From Sminthopsis crassicaudata (lineage: Eukaryota): a DNA stretch of 64,000 bases. Below are positions 11,901-30,815 of the stretch, piece after piece. A program made the translations under genes and the position numbers. Location: assembly GCF_048593235.1 (NCBI RefSeq), contig NC_133621.1:187757238-187821237 (forward strand). The letters are read 5' to 3'. The notes beneath the pieces were generated by a model. It did not search any database and was not told the origin of the DNA. It saw only the letters and a program-made list of their open reading frames with translations. Position 1 is the stretch's first letter, and each line of letters opens with the position of its first letter.

Positions 11901-14900
11901 TCGAGCAGAATGTGAGGGACCAGAGGAGCAGCTCACAGAGGACGAGGAGAAGGAGGAGGAAGGAGATGCTCAGCCTGAGAGCCAGAATGGCCTCTATGAA
12001 GCCATTGCAGGTTTGAGTCTGGGATAGGGGAAGGGTTATTTATTGGAAGAAAGCATAAGAACATGTGTTAGGGAGAGGCTGGATCTTCCAGAGTCAATGT
12101 CCCTTCTTCCTCCCCCAGGACATTGGATCAAAGTTCTGCAGTGCCGGCAGCGCTGTCCTGGGGCTGTAGCCACACGGCCTGGCCAGAGCTCCCCCATATC
12201 AGACTTCCTGCCTAGCCAGCTATGGCAGCTACAGGAAGCCCATGCTCAAGGTGAGTAGAGTTGGGAATGGGGACGACTTTTTTTTCTTGGCTTTTAACTA
12301 GAGGTAGCAAAACTTGTCCAAATGGGAGCTCCTTAAATCACACCTTTCCATTTCTCTAGCTGTGTAGTGCTTTTCTGTTTTTATTTCCTTCAGGGTTGCC
12401 TCCAGTTGTCTTTGGAGCAGATGAGAAAGCCCTGGAAATGTTCTGTACAGCTCTTTCTAGCCTTAATTCCTATACCTTGCTTTTTTTCCTTCTATCTGTT
12501 CTCTTCTTTGCTCTTTTCTTGAAATAGGTAAGTTGGAAGTCAGATTTTAAAGGTATCAGACACAGAAAACCTTCCCCAAGTGGGAGTGATAGTGTCAGCA
12601 GGAGGTGGGTAAGGAGGAGGGTTCAGAATCATTATGATTGGTCCATATTCCCAGCATAGCCGGCATGTTTGCTATTGTTCTCAATTCCTCTCTTGTCTAT
12701 TTGTAGCTCCATCTTTGCTTGTCAGACTTTGCATCTCCATCACTCCTGTCATGTGTCTTTCCATTAAAGCTATCCTACATGTTTTTTCTGTCCTTGCCCC
12801 CATCTCTTCATCTCCAGTGGGGAATCTCTCCCAGGCAGTGGAAAATGCCTTGAGCATCCTGCTCTTCTATCCTGATGATGAGGCTGTGAAAGGAGCCCTG
12901 AATAAATACCAGAAGCTGTTGGGAGAGCAGAGTCCTGACCTTAGTGCCAGAGAGGTAAGCTGTAATTCTTGGTCCCAACAGCTCAAAACCTAAACTAAGC
13001 ACCTAACTTACATTAACATTGCCAACAGAACATTGTCTCCAAAACTTGTATTATTACTCTGGACTCCATTCTCCAGTTTTAGCTCCTTTGGAACTTCTGG
13101 TATAGGAGATTAAAATAATCAAACCATCTGAGTATATCTGAGATCTGGGAAAGAACTGTGAATGGAGGAGGGATAGGGAAGAGTATAAAGGCAAAATTCT
13201 TAGAGCCAATGAACAGTCTAGCCTAAGTTTTGACTTCTTTATCTGCCCTACTTCCATCTATATGTATAAGGAATCAAAGCATGCCCTACCATCATCAGGA
13301 TGGTTTCTCTAGGTTTGCTTTGATCTCCAAAGTCATCTTGGGCTAAGTGTAGATAAATCTCTTTTCTGTTTAGATTAATACAAATTCCTGAGGCAATTGG
13401 GGTTAACTGACTTGCCCAGGGTCACACAGCTAGAAAGTGTTAAATGTCTGAGGTAAGATTTGACTTCAGGTCCTCCTGACTTCAGGTCTGGTGCTCTATC
13501 CACTGTGCCACCTAGCTGCCCCTAGAATTTTTTTCAAAAGAGTTTTACTAGGAAATTAAGATGAAGAGTAAATCCAAAGCAAAAGTCTACAGAAACATAG
13601 AAATGGACAGATTCAGAGAGAACAGAATACTATCCTGAGTCAGACAGAGTCCCAAAATTCACAGTTTTTTTTTTTTTAAATCTCCATTTTGTCTGTTTTG
13701 GACACTAGGCCAAATTAAGAAGATGCTAACTTGAAGCAGATTCTGGATGGCAACACGGCTAGATTTGGGATGTTCTTGATCCCCTCCAGAATCTATTTCC
13801 TAATCTTCTTTCTGGGTATAAGTATTCTTTCTGACCTGGAACTGCCCTTCATTTTTACTCTGTAACCTTCTTGGCCCATGTTGTTCCTCTTGTCTGGATT
13901 CCCAGATGATAAGGAATTTTCTTATCTAGACTTTGAATGTTCTTTCAATGTTCTTTCCCCAACACTCCTAGGACATTCGACATTTTGTTCTTCAATCCTT
14001 GGGGGAGAAGAAACTGCTATATTATGCCATGGTACACCTGGGGACCAGTTTCAAAGATCCTGTGAGTGATATCCCCCTGAATGTCTTCTGTGGAGGGTTG
14101 GGATTAGGGTTACTTTCCACCCCAAAGATGTCCACTATTATGAAAATCCTGCAAGGACATATGGGCAAGAAGTACAAGGCAAAGTTGTCCCAAAGGATAA
14201 GGAATTTTGGGGGGGGGAGAGAGGGTAGCTGCAGTGGTTTGGAGATAAAGGTTTTATTTCTAATCCTTATAGGATTCTTGGACCCCAGATGACGTTATCC
14301 CTGAGGAACTGAGGAAAAAGCTTAGGTAGGAGATGTTTCATGATGGAGGTGGATAGGAAAGGGAAGTTGGGGAAGAGGGGAAAAGGGTAAAGATAAGATT
14401 AGGGTTAGAGCTCCTGGGAGAAGAGAGAGGGGATAGATCTTTCAAAGTGTCTCTGGGATCTCCCCTCCTCTAACTGAACATGTGTCTTTCCCTGGAGAGA
14501 GGATCCAGAGAAGAGGCCTTGGGACTCCAAACTTCCAGAGCCAGAGTCCTTGGCAAAGTGGAGGGGTGAGTTCCAGAGAGGTGTGAAAAAGAGGGAAACA
14601 TATGGGAATGGGAACTTTAAATTCACCAATTGACATTGTCCTGTGTGTGCCCCAAGCACTGTTGGAATCCCCCATCCTGGGGTCCCTAGTTCTTCATTCT
14701 CTCAGCTTACTCCTGTTTCCATCCCAGATATCCAATTTTTGGAGGGTGTGACCTTAACCCAAGATGCAGGGCAGCTGAATGGTTCTGAGAGGGCAGTGCT
14801 GGATGGGCTGCTCACTCCTGCTGAGTGTGAAATCCTGCTGCAGTTGGCTAAGGTAAAGGAAGAAAAGAAAGCAAGATGTGGGGGAAAGAATTACAGGACC

Positions 14901-17900
14901 TCAGTGATCTCTAACTTCCAACAAGAACCCAGCGAAGGATGCCTCTGGAGTTCCCATAGCAGAGAGTGTAGAGTGAAATCAGCAATAATTTGTGGATGGA
15001 TGAAGAATTAGTACCATAGTCATCCTATGGCCTTTCTGTGTCCTTTAGGATGCGGCTAAGATGGGAGATGGGTACCGGAGTCGGCGTTCTCCACACACTC
15101 CTCATGAGCTTTTTGAGGGGCTCACAGTACTCAGGGCTGCCCAGGTGAGAAAGGGCCCATGTTTCTAAGTCCTTTCCTGAGATTTGAGAGAGATGACATA
15201 CCAGGGACTTGGGAAATTTGCTCAGTGATGAGGGATGGGCTGCTCTAACTCAGATGCCTGAGGCTTATATTCCAAATTTGATAGAGGTAAGCAGATTTTA
15301 AGGATCTTAAAGAGGCTGGCAGGGGCAGCTAGGGGATACAATGGATAGAGGTCTGGGTCTAGATTCAGGTAGATCTTAATTTAAATCTGACCTCAGATAT
15401 CATATGACTGGACAAGTTACTTAACCCCTATTTCCCTTGGTTCCTCAGCTGTAAAGTGAGGAAACAGAGGAGAAAGAAATAGCAAACCATTCCTTTATCA
15501 TCACCAAGAAAACTCCATGGACTTTGTCCATGAGGTCACATAGAATCATTCATGATTGAAAGATTGAACAATCAAAAGTAGGCTGTCAGGAAACCTTGGA
15601 GTTTAGAAACTTTAGCAAGAAGTAAACCCAAGAAGATTCTTTGTTGGGAAAAGAAAACTGAGGCTTCTCCCCTCTCTATTACTTTTCTTTGCTCTTTCAA
15701 CCCACGTCTTCTTTGCAGCTGGCCCGGGCTGGAGCTGTGGACAGACATGGAGCTAAACTGTTGCTGGAAGTTAGTGAGAGGGCACGGAACTTGACCCAAG
15801 CATACTTCTCCCCGCAGTGGCCCCTACATCTCTCCTTCACTCACCTAGTGTGTCGAAGTGCCATTGATGGTATTTACTAAGGTTTCCTTTCACCTAGTGC
15901 CCTCACCCCTTCTCAAAGCCTCCTCTCCTGGCCTTGATACTCTTAAGATCCCCCACATGCTTGAGTGTGTGCTCCTTTTTCTCCTCAATCCAAGAAGATC
16001 TCTTCTGGGGGTCTTCCTGGGAAATATTTCTGGCTCTAGGGAAAATGTCCATCCTCAGTGACCCATTGAGATGTAACTACATGCAATAGGGAGAGAAGGA
16101 AAGAAAGGACATGTGCATTTCTACTCAATGTCTCTGCATTTCAGGGGAGCAAGAACAGCGGATGGACCTAAGCCACCCAGTTCATGCTGACAACTGTCTC
16201 TTGGACCCTTACAGTGGGGAGTGCTGGAAGGAGCCTCCAGCATATACTTACCGGGACTACAGGTGGGGATGAGGGTGGGTTGAAGGCTAGCCTATATGCC
16301 CTCCTCCATAGTTTTCATAAGGCAGTCTTCAGGGATGGGGGTATCTCCCTAGCATACCATCTATAAAATACAGAAATTGGACAAGATGAGCTCTAAAGTC
16401 CCCTCACGTAGAAGAAAGGCTTATTGTCTTCCCTTTTCCCTCCTCAGTGGGCTCCTTTATCTCAATGATGACTTCCAGGGTGGGGACCTGTTCTTTACTG
16501 AGCCAGATGCCCTCACTGTGACGGTGAGCAGGGAAGGGGGAACTTACATGGTAAGGGGTGGAATAATGGTCAGGATTCATATTAGAAGCTGCCCAGAGGC
16601 AAATGCAGGAAAAAATGACTGGGCCTATTTTAACTCTTTCCCTACAATATTTTCTCTTCCTCCATCCTTATCTCTCAGCCAGTAAATAAGGACTTACCCA
16701 TAGATCTCTGCCATGTTTCCTTCTTTGAGATATAAATGGGTACCCACTGAGGAGGGCAGTATAACCTACATGGTATCCCACCTCCTGCTTCATTCAGGGA
16801 TTTTACTGCTAGTACTGTCGCTACTCCTACTCACCCATCCCCATGACCTAATGGTCTCAAGTCCATAGGAAAAGGAACTCCACTTCTACCTCCCCAAGAA
16901 GGTCTCAGTTCTATAATAACATTGAATTCCTGGGAAGGAAACAAGAAGTTGGGACTGAGAGGAAGGGGCAGCTATTTAGCTGTCTACTTCCTTCTTATCT
17001 ACCTTTGCCAATTTCTAGATAGATGTATCTATGATTGGTTAAGTCTACTTATTTTCTATTGCCTCTTTGAGAGGGAGGGAGGAGAAGGTGAAAAGGCAAG
17101 ATTTTTCTAAAGTTCCTTTCCCTTTTTTAGCCTAATTTTATCCTTAGCTCTATCCTACTAAGTGGCTTCACACTCCTTTTTAATATCTCCTTTTTAGGAG
17201 ATTAAAAATACCAAGAATAAATAGAATATGAAAACAGGAAGAGTTATATCCCAGAACAAAGCCTTTGGAATAGAGGATGAACAATCTGGGGCTCCCCTTC
17301 CCCTCAGGTCCCATATATCTGCCTTTCTGCCCTGGTGCTCAGGATTCCTATGTTCTGGGATGAAACTTGCTGGTATTTTTCCCTTTGCCCTACATTTGAA
17401 GATGAGAGGGATTGTAGCCATTGTTCTCTGGGATGTGACAGGGGGAGGGAGCCAGTGAAACTATTCCCAACACACTGAGTTCTGAAGAGAGTGAGGTCTA
17501 CCACATTCTTTTAACTAAGTTCTGCTTCATTGCCTCGATGTTTCTGTTGATGTTGTTTATTGTTGTTTTATAGTTCCTTGGTTGATGTCCCACTGGTGTG
17601 TGGGGCTGAGGGAAAGCTAGGCGTTCTAGGAGACTCATTCTACATGTTTCCATGCCTTATTCCAGGTCTGAGACTACAGAAACCATCTTTATCCTGTTAG
17701 CCTTTGTTTTGAACGTAGGCTATGGCACAAATGAGGGGGAAGTGGTGACTTGTTTATCGGTCTATCCCTGTGGCAGGCCATTGTTATATAGAATGTAAAG
17801 GGAAGATGAGTTTCTGGAAGTGTGACAATCATTCTTTTCTCCCCTTCCCACCCTACTATTGATTCCCAGGCCCAAGTTCGCCCTCAGTGTGGACGCCTTG

Positions 17901-19695
17901 TGGCCTTCAGTTCTGGGGGAGAGAATCCCCATGGAGTATGGGCTGTGACAAAGGGACGGAGATGCACCTTAGCACTATGGCACACTTGGGCCTCAGAGCA
18001 TATGGAACAGGTGAGAGGAGACAGGAGAATAAGGGCATAGAATGGTTCTGATGGGAGGGTTCAGTTAAAAAATCATGTGTATAATTTAGAATTATGCTAA
18101 GAAAGTGACTAAAATGTCCATATGCTTTTATCTAGAGATTATATTATCCATACCTCAAAGAGGTCAAAGACAGAAAGAAAGGTGCTACATCTGTCAAAAT
18201 ATTTATAGATGAACCTTTTATGATAAGAAAGAACTGGCAACAGTGCATATGTTTATCAACTGAGGTATGCCTGAATAAACTGTGATAAACAAACATAATG
18301 GAATATTGTTGTATTATAAGAAATGATAAATACTAAGAATTCAGAAAAGTATGGAAAGCTTTATTTCAACTAATGCAAATTAGAGTAAGCTGAATCAGGA
18401 AAATAATATATTAAATGACAAATGGAAAAAAATTAATCATTTTAATAAATATAGGATAGGAAAAAAATAGATAAAGTTATGTGAAAAGGCAATAGTTTTA
18501 GTTTACTACCGGCTCAATATGAGTCAGTAATGAAAAGTAGTAGCCAAATAAGATGACTTGATCTTAATCTATATTAATAGAAAAATAGAATTAGAAATAA
18601 GAGAGGGAGATAACCATTTCATTACATTCTATACTGGGTCAGCCCATATCAAGTATTTATGCTGAATAATCTTTTGAGAGGAATATAAATAAATTGGAGA
18701 AGAGGTTAACCAGAATAGCAAGAAAAATATGAGGTAATACATGAAAATATGAGATAATATAAAATATGGCTGAGTGAAGTAGAAGTGTTTAAACTGAAGA
18801 AGAGTCTCAAGATATGAGAACTGTCTTCAAATATTTAGTGGATTGTCACTTGGATAATGGATTAGATTTATTTTATGTAGTTCCAAAGAGCAGAACCAGG
18901 ATCAATGTGAACATATCATAGACAAATAATTTTCTGTTTAATATAAGAAAAAAATTTCTGACTGATGATATCAGAGCTATCTAACAATAAGGTATGCTTC
19001 CTGTTCTTGGAAGTGTTTAATTAAACAGAGGGTGGGTGACTCAACAGAATAACAAGGATATTACAGAGAGGATTCCTTCATTAGTTGGTGGCTGATACAC
19101 TTCTTCTAGGAGACAACTTTTTTTATTAAAGCTTTTTATTTTCAAAACATATGCATAAACAATTTTTCAACACTGACCCTTGCGTTCCAGATTCCCCCTC
19201 CTTTCCCTCACCCCCTTTCCTAGATGGCAAGCAATCCGGTATATGTTAAACATGTAATTTTTTAATATATATTTCCACAATCACCATGAAGCACAAGAAA
19301 AAATGAGATCAAAAAGGAAAAAAGTGAGAAAGAAAGCAAAATGTAAGCAAACAACAATAAAAAGAGTGAAAATACTATGCTGTGATCTAAACTCAGTTCC
19401 CACAGTCCTCTCTCTGGGGGTAGATGGCTTTCTTCATCATAAGACTTTTGGAACTGCCCTGAATCATAGGAGATAACTTTTAATAAAGGTTCATTGACTT
19501 TTTTTTTCTATATCCCTCAATCAGGACCGTGCAGAGGCTGAGATGCTGCTACTGGAATCGGACAAATCTGAAGAGGGGGAAATCCCCAGTGGGGACTCCT
19601 CCCCAGAGCCTCCCAGTATTTTGGGAAAGAGACCACAGCAAGCCCGATTGGAAGTCAGAAGGCAACATCCTGCTCGGTCTCGGGAAGAGCTTTGA
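8351..19695 (+). CDS. P3H3: Prolyl 3-hydroxylase 3 (LEPREL2), 734 aa
   Basis: 15 exons: 8351-8827, 10756-10908, 11794-12010, 12119-12250, 12818-12954, 13972-14061, 14273-14325, 14498-14565, 14728-14852, 15049-15144, 15719-15869, 16145-16262, 16448-16523, 17870-18010, 19525-19695. Total 2205 nt, in frame. Poly-Leu signal peptide, 'DAFRRREPYNYLQRAYYQ', 2OG-Fe(II) dioxygenase motifs HAD / ENPHGV / GRRC, C-terminal ER-retention REEL*. AATAAA at 20204-20209. Confidence 0.97.
9822..9977 (-). mobile_element. WSINE1-type marsupial SINE with A-tail and 12-bp TSD
   Basis: Antisense of GGGG(T)GCAGCTAGATGATGCGGTAGATAGAGCACCAGCCCTGAAGTCAGGAGG...CAATTGCC plus A-tail; TSD TAATATTTCTTT at 9810-9821 and 9978-9989. 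Confidence 0.9.
9990..10370. mobile_element. Old MIR/MIR3 fragments in P3H3 intron 1
   Basis: 'cctcattttatagttgaggaaactgaag', 'gggatctgaacccagatttcttctgactcc' and similar core motifs. Confidence 0.6.
11470..11720 (-). mobile_element. MIR/MAR1 SINE, antisense
   Basis: 'ctcattttatcttcacaatcaccctgggagggaggtactattattatccccaatttacacttgaggaaactgaggc'. Confidence 0.75.
13388..13522 (-). mobile_element. WSINE1-type SINE
   Basis: Near-identical to the 9822 copy (gaggcaattggggttaactgacttgcccagggtcacacagctag...cctagctgcccc); no clear TSD. Confidence 0.9.
15322..15570 (+). mobile_element. MAR1-type marsupial CORE-SINE
   Basis: tRNA-like head GGGGCAGCTAGG, core, and the 'gcaaaccattcc...ccaagaaaactccatgg...catgaggtcac' tail. 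Confidence 0.8.
18120..18480 (+). mobile_element. Old L1 ORF2 3' fragment
   Basis: 'atacctcaaagaggtcaaagacagaaagaaagg...aaaatatttatag...ataaactgtg...atggaatattgttgt' resembles the marsupial L1 ORF2 end. Confidence 0.65.
18490..19090 (+). mobile_element. CR1/L3 LINE fragment
   Basis: 'ctcaatatgagtcag...aactgtcttcaaatattt...ggattagatttatttt...aatataagaaaaaaatttctgact' resembles the CR1 ORF2 3' end. Confidence 0.6.
19122..19466 (-). mobile_element. 5'-truncated L1 3'UTR insertion with 15-bp TSD
   Basis: T-tail, then antisense 'ttattaaagctttttattttcaaaacatatgc...tagatggcaagcaatc'; TSD TAGGAGA(C/T)AACTTTT at 19107-19121 and 19467-19481. Confidence 0.85.
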
Positions 19696-20399
19696 AGGGA
19701 TGAAGGAGACAAGATTACTTAAGAGACATTCCAATCAAAGTGGTGGTGGTGAATTAATTCCAAGAACCACACAGCTACCTATTGACATAATGAGTCAACA
19801 TCAATTGCCTCCTAGGTCATAATTAACTGAACAGAGAAAGGTCCCCTCTTTCTTCAAGGATCAGTGGGGTAGAACTTCTGTTATGAAGGTTGGATTGCAA
19901 GTATGTGAAGTGGGAGGAGAGGTAATATCATGGGCCAAATATCTCAGAATCTGGAAGAGTATGGCTTCATGAGCATACTGACCTCCCCAACCCCACATAT
20001 AACCCTTCAGGGGGACAAAAAGAACAATGGAGCATTTCACCTCTATCAAGTGATGGGAGAGGGATGGGGGCTAAACATATGGCCTCACTTGTAGAGGGAG
20101 ATCTTCTTTTCCTAAGTGAGAGGAGAGCAGAAAATGCTTGAGTGCTTTGGGGGCAGGGAGGGAAAAGAGAAAGAGTGGGAGATCATCCCCTGTTACACAA
20201 AGCAATAAAGGACATTCAAATCCCAAGGTTTGTGTTACTTATGAATGTAAATGTGAATGTAAAGATGGTTTTCTGTGTTGAAAGCTGCCTTCATTCTAGG
20301 AGGCTGAGTTAATGCTTCTAGATTTGTTAATGAAATCTGTCACCTGTTCTGCTCAAGCAAGTGGTCCAGGCCTCAAATCATCCCTCCTTTTGTGTCTCA

Positions 20400-21050
20400 A
20401 TCTTCAGCCCTACTCTTCTCTACCAAGGTTTTAATGGATTCCAGGACATTCTGACTAACCACTCTGCTCACCTAGGACAGGACCGTATGGGATGCTGAGA
20501 GGAGGGAGGTAGTTGTGGATGCCTAACACCGAGGAGAGGGATATATTGAGATGGCTTATTCCCAACCCCTTGCCTCTCTTGTTTTGGATCCAGACAAGCC
20601 ACTCCCTTCGTCCACTTTCCTCTCCTTTCACAGTCAGCCCTTCCCCTAGAGGTAAGACCTGTGGACAGCTGGTAGGAGGTTTGGGGAGGGGGATTATCCA
20701 GATCAGTCTCCTCTAATCTCATCTCTGTTTTCTGTGTGACCCCCTCCCTTCTCATAAACCCTACTGGCAATTGGTGATTCGGTCAGTCTCAGGGAACTGC
20801 TTACTTTGGGGAAGTGTAGAAGGATATTTGTCAATGTCATCATCCCTAACCCTTACTGGATTCCCTGGCCTGGAATCTGGGTTGGATCTTCCTTCTTCTA
20901 AAATAATCTCAATTGGGAGTTCTTTTGTCCTACCCCCCCAAAAAAAAAAAAACAACAAAAGTCTGACCTCCTAATCCTCAACAGCTTTAGTCTAATCCCA
21001 GCTGTGATTTGATGCTCTTATCTTTGCCATCAGAGAGGTGGCCTGGTAAG
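20400..21050 (+). promoter_or_regulatory. Probable GNB3 promoter and non-coding exon(s) with clustered CRX/OTX (TAATCC/T) sites
   Basis: Donor AGAG|GTAAGA at 20651/20652; K50 homeodomain sites at 20691, 20713, 20904, 20971, 20992. Lies between the P3H3 poly(A) signal and the GNB3 ATG. Confidence 0.55.
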
Positions 21051-21996
21051 CACATGCTCCTCCTACCCTACCCCTATCTTTCCTTAGTGCTCCCCAGTAA
21101 GATTCCAGGGGAACATTGCAAGAGAACCTGACCCTCTCTGCAGTCCCCACCAAGACTCAGCCCTACATTACCCCTTCACTATCTAGTTCCAGATTTCCCA
21201 CCTTAGATTCCTGATAGTACTCTAACTGTCCCGACCTTAACCTTCCACTCCAATTCTTCCCCTTCCCCACCTGATTTTACCCACTTATCTCACTGAGACC
21301 AGGCCAGTTTCCAGCAGTAGAATTGGGGCAGCTGATCCAAAGGCATTGAACCAGAGGCAAGAGAGGAAGAGTCAAGATCCAGAGTAAACTCAAATCCAAT
21401 CCCAAGTAAGGACTGGTCTGCTACTGTGGTAGGGTGGGAAGGGCTGGAGGGATTGTTTTGGTGAATTAAAGTGGGACTGAACTTAGAGGGAATGGGAATC
21501 TATTTGTGGGGTGAGGGGGTAACCTTTAACCTTATCATTTGTACATTTGAAGGCACCCTAAGAAGTTTTCTTTCTTGGGGAAGGATCCTACACTGCTCTA
21601 GGGGAAAAGGGTCTAATTATTTACATGGCATAGTGGAAAGTATGTTGAATCCTAGCTTTAACTCTTAGTATGGGTGATTTATTTCACTTTCTCAGCCTCT
21701 CCTGTCATCTGCAAAACAGGGTAATGGCATTTGTACCACTTACCTTCCAAGGTGTCAGTGAGGAAAGTGCTTGGTAAGCCTACAATTTGTGTATAAATGG
21801 GAGCTATTAGTTGGAATATTACTCCCTTCTGGAACTGTGTAGATGGAATATAAAGGGATAGAGCCTAAGTGACTTGGTAAGATCAGAAAGGAGTTGTTCA
21901 GGGTGAGGGAAGGTACAATGGGCACAGCGAATGAGTTCCCTAATTATCTATATGCCCTTGTCAGGACAGGGACAGGAGCAGTTTCATCTATTAGCC

Positions 21997-27787
<5,791 letters not shown>

Positions 27788-28790
27788 AGAAAAAGGCAAG
27801 AGATGGGAGATGAGGGCAGCTTGGATTTGTCACCCTGCATCTTGTTGAAGATTCAAACTCACCTGCTTCCACTTTCCCCCATTAAAGGGCAGGTAGATTT
27901 AGGAAATGTCGAGAAGAACATGGCAAGTAGCAAAGCCTGGGTCAGAATGGCCATATAGGTCTGCTCCCTCCTACTCCCATCAGCCCTACACAGATGTGAA
28001 GCCTTTTCCCCCACCTTCCTCAAGGCCATTCTGACCCCGATCTAACCCCTTCCCCTTCCTTTCTAAATACCTTTCACAGTCCCCAAAGTGAGTTGGCTAG
28101 CTCTGAGAGGCATCAAAGTTTTAGAAGGCCCTGGATTCTTCACCAATAGCTTCAGCAATCACCATAGAAGACCAGACCTAGAAGATATAACTATGTATAA
28201 CTGGGCTAAACTACAACCTCATTCCCCTCTCTGTGCCCCTCTTATGGACACTCTTTTAAGCCTTGTTTCTTTTTCTAGCTCAGATTCAATAAAGGGCAGC
28301 GCTACTGTATAAGAATTTTTGTGAAATGACTCACATTCATTCCTCTTTTTCAAGTGGCTCAATATTCACCCCTCCAAAAATCTTCATGCAGTGCTTTTTT
28401 AATCTAAGGTGAATCTAAGGTGCTCTTTCCATCAACATGAAGAGTTTAAAGGCCCGTATACTCCTGAGGCCCAAGAAGGGGAAAGGAAAGAGCCTAACAG
28501 AACTACAAGTTTGTAGTGATAGTTTCCAGGCTTTCTGTAATCTAAAGCAAAAGGTGGAATGAGGGAAAAAGGGTATGGTTCCATTTTAAGCTCTCCTGGT
28601 CAAACTTAGAATCCTCTATTTGAGGAGCTAAGGAGAAAATGAATAAATAATGACTTCTTGGTAAAGTCTGAAATTGGAACAAGTCACAGAATTGGAGGCC
28701 TAAATATAATCACAATGCTACTTTGGAGAAGACGGGAGAAAAAAGTAAAATTTGTCTGGGGGATAGGGTCCTGCTTGTTGGGAAAGGGAC

Positions 28791-28791
<1 letters not shown>

Positions 28792-28821
<30 letters not shown>
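28792..28821. repeat. (TTA)n microsatellite
   Basis: Ten perfect TTA units. Confidence 0.95.
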
Positions 28822-30415
28822 GGAGTTCTTTGATGAATCTATAATATTATCTATGTGACTACTCCCTCCAGTGGTGCATATAATAACCCATCCACAACTT
28901 CTGTATAATTCTTGTCTATGTTGCTTCATTAGTCTTTTCAAGGGGATCCTACTGACACAAGAGAAGCCTTCTTCTCATTCTTTTAATATCCCAACAGCAT
29001 TTGACTAGACTGTCTCTCAGTTAACCCTGCTTTTTCAACATCATATGCTAACTTTTTTTTTACACATTTCAGTAGGACTTCCAACCTCTGTATTCACGCA
29101 GACCAGGTCAGATCTTGTAGTTGAGTCCAAAAAAGGTCATTATCTCTTTGGCTCATAAGCCCTTATTTTGAGTTTGCTCTGAGAAATCCCCAAAAATATG
29201 TGTGTCTAAGTTTCCACAAACATGAATAATGGGATCCCCTGCTCCTGAAAAAGCACTCAAGGTACATATAGTCTTTATTTCATCTCAATGAAAAAAAATA
29301 TAAAAGACTTGGAAGAGCCTATTAAAAATATAGATAATGCATGAGCCACTCAAAATATCTTTTAAGCTCAGGGAGGCCACATTCTGACATTCAAGTGAAA
29401 TACATTTATTCCATGTGATCCAGTACTTCCTTGTCTCACAATATCATTCTACGACTATAGTGATAGGTCATGTAGAATTACACCTGGAAAGCAAACACAC
29501 TTTGGAACTGCTGCAGGAGAGGCAACTCTTTTCCCAGTGGACTGTCCAAATGATTCACATTAATAATGGGAAGCAAAATACAGGTCTTCTGTTCCCTTGT
29601 CTTATAGTTTTAGTTCTTTATTGATTCCCAGTGGTAGGTGCAACATGAGTAAACCTTTCATTCCTCCAAGACATGCTGACCAGAAGATTCTTTCTAAAAG
29701 ATCTGAACTTTTACTCTTGGAGCTATTCTCTCCACTTTCTTAAACTTAAATAACAACACAGTACAAAATCAAGCTCCGGTTTGCAGCTTTTACTATTTCT
29801 GAGGTGTAAATGCTTACAAAGAAAATTGAATAACTGTCCCTATGGGCTAGGTCTAACATATCTCTTCAGTCAGTTCAATGATACGTGAGGTTATATAGAT
29901 AGATGGATTGTCTCAATACCTGAATACCTAAATACCCCATCCTCCTCTGCAGAGAATAAGAGAAGCATTCTATCTGCAAAGGAAGGACTATAGCTGAAAT
30001 GAGAGAAGGACAGGGAAAGAGACATCAGACAGTCTCTAATATTCAAGAAAGGTATTGGACTAGAATTATAACTCTCTGCCACTCCACCTCCTAATATATC
30101 TGGTCTAGGAATGAGTCCCAAAGCATCTTAAGGGAGAGAGCAACCATTAGCTTATCTTCATTAATCTGGTCTTTCTTCAACTTACACAAAAAGCCATCAT
30201 CTACAGTGAATAATAAGTAAGCAAGTCCATTTATCCAAGCATAATGACAAACAGAAACGAGAGTTCTACAGTCGAGTATACCATAAAATACAGGATGTCC
30301 CAAAAGTCTTAGAGCAGTTTTTAAAACTATACTGATATGAGATAATCCTGTTCATAAGAGAAAATTAACTCTTCAAATGTGATCAAGATCTCAGCTCATA
30401 TTTTAAGAGAGCAGA

Positions 30416-30815
30416 AAGAGGTGATTCAGGCCAATTCCAATGGTCTTGTGATGGAGAGAGCCATCTGCACACAAGAGAGAGGACTTTGGGAATCACAAAG
30501 TGTGGTGTGTGGATCTCAACATAGTATTTTCACTTTTTTATTGTTGTTTGCTTGCATTTTGTTTTCTTTCTCATTTTCTCCCCTTTTTGATCTGATTTTT
30601 TTCTTGTGCAGAATGATAATTGTAGAAATTTGTGTAGAAGAATTGCACATCTTTAATGTATATTATTTGCCATCTAGGGGAGAGGGTAAGAGGAAGAGAG
30701 GGAGAAAAAAAATTTGAAATACAAGATTTTGCAAGAATGAATTTTGAAAACTATGTATATGTTTTGAAAATAAAAAGCTTTATAAAAAATAAATTAAATT
30801 AAATTTTTAAAAAAG
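30416..30815 (+). mobile_element. 5'-truncated L1 3'UTR insertion with 11-bp TSD
   Basis: Ends 'aataaaaagctttataaaaaataaatt'; TSD AAGAGAGCAGA at 30405-30415 and 30816-30826, preceded by TTTT (TT/AAGA L1 endonuclease site). Confidence 0.85.

Noticed and set aside
29449-29475. Hairpin resembling an iron-responsive element
   Set aside because: The loop is TAGTGA rather than CAGTGH, there is no proper C-bulge, and the region is not known to be transcribed.
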